Source of the DNA: an uncultured virus (IMG/VR IMGVR_UViG_3300044912_000713) | Lineage: Duplodnaviria; Heunggongvirae; Uroviricota; Caudoviricetes | Virus record (IMG/VR): IMGVR_UViG_3300044912_000713 | Strand: one strand, 5' to 3' | DNA length: 20,000 nucleotides | Shown here: piece by piece, positions 15,625 to 20,000 of the stretch | How the letters are laid out: the number at the start of each line of letters is the position of its first letter | How positions within the stretch are numbered: position 1 is the stretch's first letter | The notes under the pieces: model-generated | Told to the model about the DNA's origin: nothing | The model's database searches: none | Seen by the model: only the letters and a program-made list of their open reading frames with translations | Translations under genes and position numbers: made by a program

Positions 15625-16425
15625 TTAGTAGTGTATTGATTCTATCGTGGGAACGGACACCTTGTGCTCGCAGCCGTCGGCGTAGGCGCAGTCCTTGCAC
15701 CTGAGGTAGTTCGGCCGCGGTTTGAGCTCCGACGGGTTCGCGTGGTGGAAGCTGACGTACTTCTTCATCTTGGGAATCGTTATCGAGTCGTGCAGCGACA
15801 CGTGCTCCTCTTGCACGTCGACGCGTATTATCTTGGCCTTCTCCGGGTCCTTCGACGAGAATATGAAGAAGTAGAACGGTATGTCCTCAATCCCTTCCGT
15901 CTTTCTCAGTAGGTACTTGTAGTGAATCGGCTGCAGCAGCAGCTTCGACTTGTAGACGAGCGACTCCGTGTGCCACCCGTACTCGCTGAACTTGTCGTCG
16001 AACAGCGCTGTGTACTTGATGTCTATTATGCAGTCCTCCCCGTTGAACTTTCCGCGTATGTCGGATATCCCGCTGACGGAGTCGTGAATCATGTACTCCC
16101 CGGCCTTCGCAATCTCTATGTTGTGCTCCTTCACCATTCTCTTGAACAGCTCCGCGGACCTGTGCGCCCGCTCGTAGTCGGCCGACATCTTCTCCTTCGC
16201 CGTCCCCTTGTAGGAGAGGTCCGGCTGCGGTATCGGGTCTCCCTCGCGGAGGTATCCGGTGCAGAGGTACTCGAAGTAGATTCCCAGCCTCATGGTGTCG
16301 GAGGGGGGCGATGGTATCTTCTGGAAGAACTGCTTGTGGAGCGCGACCCCGCACCCCTTCACGTTGTCGTCGTAGTAGTCGACGTAGGCCTTCAAAAGGC
16401 TCTGGCTAAGGTTTGGCTTGTTCAT
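15625..16425 (-). CDS. PD-(D/E)XK exonuclease (RecE/Cas4/AddB-like) with possible Fe-S cysteines
   Basis: LSQSLL, SGISD...IIDIKY, QPIHY, one N-terminal Cys and C-terminal CKDCAYADGC. Confidence 0.8.
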   Translation of the reverse strand: MNKPNLSQSLLKAYVDYYDDNVKGCGVALHKQFFQKIPSPPSDTMRLGIYFEYLCTGYLREGDPIPQPDLSYKGTAKEKMSADYERAHRSAELFKRMVKEHNIEIAKAGEYMIHDSVSGISDIRGKFNGEDCIIDIKYTALFDDKFSEYGWHTESLVYKSKLLLQPIHYKYLLRKTEGIEDIPFYFFIFSSKDPEKAKIIRVDVQEEHVSLHDSITIPKMKKYVSFHHANPSELKPRPNYLRCKDCAYADGCEHKVSVPTIESIHY

Positions 16426-16639
16426 TTTTATGGTTTTTGTTTATGAATCTCTTAATCCTCTTCTTCGCCCGTCTGGCGAATCCGAGCACGTATATTATCC
16501 CGAAGGCGACTTCGACGGCGACTAGCGTCAGCACCATCACGGGAAACCCGATGATGAACAGGAACCAGAAGTCCAGGTACCTGCTGAGCCTCGGGTACTT
16601 CGGCTCAATCCTCCGTATCGTACGTCCCCCTTCTGACAT
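16406..16639 (-). CDS. Small membrane protein
   Basis: About 30-aa hydrophobic stretch followed by a basic tail. Tiles the operon. Confidence 0.55.
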   Translation of the reverse strand: MSEGGRTIRRIEPKYPRLSRYLDFWFLFIIGFPVMVLTLVAVEVAFGIIYVLGFARRAKKRIKRFINKNHKNEQAKP

Positions 16640-16913
16640 CTTTCACGGCTTTTGATTTCTTTATCACCTCCATCGCCTTCTCCACCGACTCGTACTCGAC
16701 GACTATCGCCTCCTCCCGGAGCGTGTCCTCGTTCTTGAAGTTGTGTCTCTCGCAGTACAGGTTGGGGCCGGTCGTGAGGAATATGTTTTTCTCGTGGTCG
16801 TACGCGTTGGTCACCTTAATCAGGCTGCAGCTGTTGAACTCAGCGTGGTAGAACCTGCAGTTCGAGCACTTCCTAATCATGGGCAGGCTTTTCTGGTTCA
16901 GGTAGAATTCCAT
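16605..16913 (-). CDS. Hypothetical Cys-containing protein (CxxC...C...C)
   Basis: CSNCRFY...CSL...YCERH. ATG 16913 follows the leader variant AACCACGAAAGAAA. Confidence 0.65.
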   Translation of the reverse strand: MEFYLNQKSLPMIRKCSNCRFYHAEFNSCSLIKVTNAYDHEKNIFLTTGPNLYCERHNFKNEDTLREEAIVVEYESVEKAMEVIKKSKAVKDVRRGTYDTED

Positions 16914-16941
16914 TTTCTTTCGTGGTTTCAGACGTAAAATA

Positions 16942-17394
16942 TCAAAAAAGCTTGATTTGCGAGCGCGCTTCTCCCCTGTCCGGCTCAATCCTGTATACGC
17001 GGGTATAAAACTCCGATACCATGTCGTTGAGCCTGTTGAGGAAGTCGATGATTCCGGTCAGCACGGTTGTCTTTCCCACGAGCACCATCTTTCCCGTGCC
17101 GCGGTCCATCTTGGTCGTCGCGAATCCGTGCTTTCGCATCTCGGTCAGCAGGGCCTTCGAAGTCACCTGCAGGTCGTCTATGTGGTCCCTGAACATCTTC
17201 TTGTGGGCCTCCATCTCCGATATCGCCGTCACGTACTCCTTCGAGAACCCCTCCGTGTTCTCCCGGACCGCCTCCCACGCGATTTGGGACAGGCGGGACG
17301 CCATCGCCCGGCGGGCGTGCTCCGGCATCTGGGGGAGCATCTCTTCCATCTCCCGCAGAAAATCGGCCAGTATTTTACTTTTTATCGTTTCCAT
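16942..17394 (-). CDS. Hypothetical helical protein
   Basis: 150-aa ORF on the operon strand with normal composition. Confidence 0.65.
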   Translation of the reverse strand: METIKSKILADFLREMEEMLPQMPEHARRAMASRLSQIAWEAVRENTEGFSKEYVTAISEMEAHKKMFRDHIDDLQVTSKALLTEMRKHGFATTKMDRGTGKMVLVGKTTVLTGIIDFLNRLNDMVSEFYTRVYRIEPDRGEARSQIKLF

Positions 17395-17432
17395 CGTATA
17401 TTCGGGTCAGATTCTACCGTCTTCAACTGAAG

Positions 17433-18185
17433 TTATCGGGGAGGTCGCGGTTTGTGCCCGGCATCCCCGTTTTTTTTATCCACCTCCACGAGCTGCTTCC
17501 AGTCCAGCCCCGCGCTGTCGAGGTACATCTGCACCTTCTCGGCGTTCCCGTTCCTGTCCCGGTAGTATATGCAGTCCGTCTTGTAGCAGATGAAGTCCCC
17601 TTCTAGCATGTCGGCCATGTTCTTCATGTGCCCGAAGCAGGCGTTCCGTATGTTGTTGTAGACCAGCTGGTGCATCGGGTCGAAGCGCAGCACCTTGGTC
17701 TCGTCCGTTATCTCCCCGTCGGATATTATCCTATACTCCTTCGCGGAGGCGAGGTTCGCGAGCGCGGCGAGCCGAAGCGACTTGTCGGGAAGCTCGAGGC
17801 CCCTCTTGTATGTCTTGGGACTTATGACCCCGTCGAGGAATGCTATCCTCCAGTAAGCGTGGTCGACGTCGGTAGCTGCAATCTTACCCCGGAACTTCTT
17901 CAGCTTCTCGTTCCACAGGTTCACCGGAAGCCTCGGCAGCTCCACCGGCCTGGGGTTCTTCGAAAGGTACTTTTTGACGTCGGCGACGACGGAGCGGAAC
18001 ACCCACATCCCGGCCCCGATTCTGGAGTCGGAAGTCGGGAATACGAACCTCCTCCCCTCCCAGATTAGCTCGTCCGAGAAGGAGCCGGTCCGGTAGTATC
18101 CGGAGCCCCTGTGACGCCTCAGCGTCTTAAGAATGGTGTCTTTGTGCTGGTTTCTGAGAACCGTGAATCCGTGGTTTGATTTCAT
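17433..18185 (-). CDS. Minimal family-B DNA polymerase-like palm protein
   Basis: IAATDVDHAYW (motif A-like), KSLRLAALANL (motif B position) and YKTDCIYY (motif C-like) in the correct order. No recognisable exonuclease or thumb domain. Confidence 0.5.
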   Translation of the reverse strand: MKSNHGFTVLRNQHKDTILKTLRRHRGSGYYRTGSFSDELIWEGRRFVFPTSDSRIGAGMWVFRSVVADVKKYLSKNPRPVELPRLPVNLWNEKLKKFRGKIAATDVDHAYWRIAFLDGVISPKTYKRGLELPDKSLRLAALANLASAKEYRIISDGEITDETKVLRFDPMHQLVYNNIRNACFGHMKNMADMLEGDFICYKTDCIYYRDRNGNAEKVQMYLDSAGLDWKQLVEVDKKNGDAGHKPRPPR

Positions 18186-18205
18186 TTTTATGGTTCGGTT
18201 TCATT

Positions 18206-19081
18206 TTATGGCTTTTTCTTCCGTGGTTGGGACTTCTTCAGTATCTGCGCCTTCCTGCGTTGGAACTCCTTCTTCGTTATCAGCTTGGAGCGCAGCAGCG
18301 CCCGGTCGGCGTTTATGGAGGCCTGTATCTTCCTCTGCCTCTCCTCCGGGGATGCCTTTTTGCGCTTGGCCCTCTCCTTCCTCTTCTCGCGCTGGAGCTT
18401 TTCGAACCTTTCGGCCATGATGTCCCGTATCCTGTCCTTCTTCTTTGTCTGGCCCTTGTTGAGCCCGAACTCTGCCGGCTCGTCGTCGACCTCCGGCGTG
18501 TCCTTTATGTAGAGCACGAAGTCTATGAAGTAGCTGCCGGCTTGTCCGTCGTTCTGCATGCCGGGCTTCACCTTCACGATTCCGCTGAAGTAGGCGAATC
18601 CGCTCTCCCCGCTCTGCAGCTCGGCGCGTATCGCCTCCACGACCCCGTTGACGCTCATCTTTCCGTAGGGTTTGGTGTACGAGTATCCCCGCGTGTTGAA
18701 TATGTCCGTGGACCCGATGCTTCCCGCGTTGACCCTGACGTCCACGCAGTCCGGGAGAAGCTCCCGAACCCTGCTGTCAATGTCGTAGTACTCCACGGCC
18801 GCGAGATACGCGGGAGAGAGGTAAAGCGGATGGCAAATCTCCTTCGGGGGGAGCGCCCTGACGGCGGAGCCGATTGCTTTCGTCACCTCCGTGGCCGAAA
18901 CCTTCTTCCCCTTGAAGCGGGGATAGAGCTTCTGCGAAACGATTGCCCGCAGCTCCTCTGCGCTCAGAATCTGTCGGGTCGAGCTCGCCTTGTTCTGCTT
19001 GCTGAGCCTGCTCAGCAGGTAGTTGTACAGGCGCACCCCCTTCAGAGAGGAAACCGGGACGCGCTTGCTTTTACCTGCCAT
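18206..19081 (-). CDS. Lys/Arg-rich basic protein, probably nucleic-acid binding
   Basis: Basic N- and C-termini flank a globular core. No family recognised. Confidence 0.65.
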   Translation of the reverse strand: MAGKSKRVPVSSLKGVRLYNYLLSRLSKQNKASSTRQILSAEELRAIVSQKLYPRFKGKKVSATEVTKAIGSAVRALPPKEICHPLYLSPAYLAAVEYYDIDSRVRELLPDCVDVRVNAGSIGSTDIFNTRGYSYTKPYGKMSVNGVVEAIRAELQSGESGFAYFSGIVKVKPGMQNDGQAGSYFIDFVLYIKDTPEVDDEPAEFGLNKGQTKKKDRIRDIMAERFEKLQREKRKERAKRKKASPEERQRKIQASINADRALLRSKLITKKEFQRRKAQILKKSQPRKKKP

Positions 19082-19099
19082 GGATAGTGAATTTTTTAT

Positions 19100-19116
19100 C
19101 GCGGAGAATTTCCGCG
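19100..19116. other. Intergenic GC hairpin CGCGGA-gaatt-TCCGCG
   Basis: Perfect 6-bp stem in an otherwise AT-rich 59-bp gap. It has no U-tract on the coding strand. Confidence 0.4.
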
Positions 19117-19140
19117 GACACCGAATTTAATTATTGTTTT

Positions 19141-19482
19141 CTACCCGAGGCGACGATGCTCCAGGTATTTCGCGAGAATGTCGTAGTGCTTCCTTCCCAG
19201 AAGGCTCGCCCGCTGCCGCTCGGTCATCCCGAATACGGAGTAGAGGTGCTCGTCTATCAGGTTCAAACACACGATGAGAAGGGACATGTTGCCCCTGTTT
19301 CGGGGGTTCGTCCCGTAGAGGTCCCTCCAATCCTTTCCCGCCGACGCCGAAACGTTGAGGAAGACCCGCTCGAAGAGCTCGTGGGGGGTCTTGCAGTCTC
19401 TAAGCCTCAGGTAGTTGCGACCCTCCTGGGTCAGCCAGTGGTTTTCTTCCACCAGCTGGTATGTTGATTTAGCCGCTGTCAT
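19141..19482 (-). CDS. Hypothetical protein
   Basis: 113 aa, ATGA-coupled to the upstream gene. Confidence 0.65.
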   Translation of the reverse strand: MTAAKSTYQLVEENHWLTQEGRNYLRLRDCKTPHELFERVFLNVSASAGKDWRDLYGTNPRNRGNMSLLIVCLNLIDEHLYSVFGMTERQRASLLGRKHYDILAKYLEHRRLG

Positions 19483-19928
19483 GCGGGTGGGTTTTCCCTC
19501 CGGGGAGGAATGTCCGAATATCTCTTTATCAGCTCGTACGACATGAAACGCTGCAGCTCGAACCCCTGCTGCTTGAAGTTCAGGAAGTGACCGAACTCGT
19601 CCATCGCGCTCTTCCTGAAACGGTAGTGCAGCTCGTCGTCTACGATTACGTACACGTTTTCAATTCTCAGGTAGTCGTCCCCGAGGATGGTCCAGTTGAA
19701 TCCGAAGCTGTTGGATTTCCTGTGGAGGTGCTTCGACGTCTTTCTGCGGCAGTAGAAGGTCCTGGTCGCGAACTCGTACGAGCCCAGCATGCGTGGCGCC
19801 CCCTCGGCGGCCAGCCTCAGGTGCACGTTCGCATTGACCGGCGAGTCGCTCTCGTCGTAGAATATCCGCAGGTATATGCGGTTTCCGGATGCGTCCTCGT
19901 TGGCGAACGTCTTTGATTTTAGAATCAT
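19479..19928 (-). CDS. Hypothetical protein
   Basis: 149 aa, preceded by AACCATAAAA. Confidence 0.65.
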   Translation of the reverse strand: MILKSKTFANEDASGNRIYLRIFYDESDSPVNANVHLRLAAEGAPRMLGSYEFATRTFYCRRKTSKHLHRKSNSFGFNWTILGDDYLRIENVYVIVDDELHYRFRKSAMDEFGHFLNFKQQGFELQRFMSYELIKRYSDIPPRRENPPA

Positions 19929-19958
19929 GGTCGGTTGTTTTTTATGGTTTGGCGAAGT

Positions 19959-20000
19959 CTATTTCAGAATCACGTGGATTTCGTTCCACCTGTCGAATCG
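19959..20000 (-). CDS. Probable 3' end of an upstream gene
   Basis: Open frame RFDRWNEIHVILK* ends just before the leader motif. Only 14 codons are visible. Confidence 0.3.
   Translation of the reverse strand, partial: RFDRWNEIHVILK

Noticed and set aside
15625..16425. cas4 of a CRISPR-Cas locus
   Set aside because: No other cas genes or array are present. The RecT context fits a recombination exonuclease.
17397..17404. TATATTCG box on the + strand as an antisense promoter
   Set aside because: It is a single short match pointing away from any supported + strand gene, which is too weak to call.
17433..18185. Reverse transcriptase or diversity-generating retroelement
   Set aside because: The YxDD motif is absent (YKTDC instead), and I saw no template/variable repeat pair.
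18176..19087. 303-aa Leu-rich ORF on the + strand and similar long antisense ORFs across the window
   Set aside because: These are shadows of real genes with GC-rich third positions. They show no motifs or coupling.

Overview
This window looks like a gene-dense segment of a dsDNA prokaryotic virus. It has tightly coupled ATGA/TAATG gene overlaps, many ORFans, and a RecT plus PD-(D/E)XK nuclease pair. A-rich leaders without Shine-Dalgarno motifs and TAnnTTYR boxes suggest a Bacteroidota-like host (inference). Bases 1-6.2 kb carry glycan precursor and decoration genes: GT4, GT9, a sulfotransferase, DUF6165, APS kinase, an HxGH nucleotidyltransferase, DUF2061, and ADP-heptose genes (hldD, rfaE1, rfaE2) with a cupin. 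Bases 6.3-13.4 kb form one + strand run: five small single-TM membrane proteins, a beta-rich protein, and a 489-aa Cys-rich protein with three pure Thr/Ser tracts. Directly after it come a protein with the motif series of plant peptide O-glycosyltransferases (SERGT1/GT96, HPAT/GT95), a Zn-finger protein, a methyltransferase and two GT2-like enzymes. Bases 13.4-20 kb (minus strand) hold a methyltransferase, RecT, the nuclease, ORFans, a 250-aa minimal PolB-like palm protein and a Lys-rich protein. The best candidate for a new system is virus-encoded O-glycosylation of a mucin-like virion protein, with heptose, methyl and sulfate decoration. Other notable signals are the minimal PolB-like gene, six exact AACCATAAAA leaders, and no GATC site found by manual scan. 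All family calls come from motif recognition by eye; no database searches were run.
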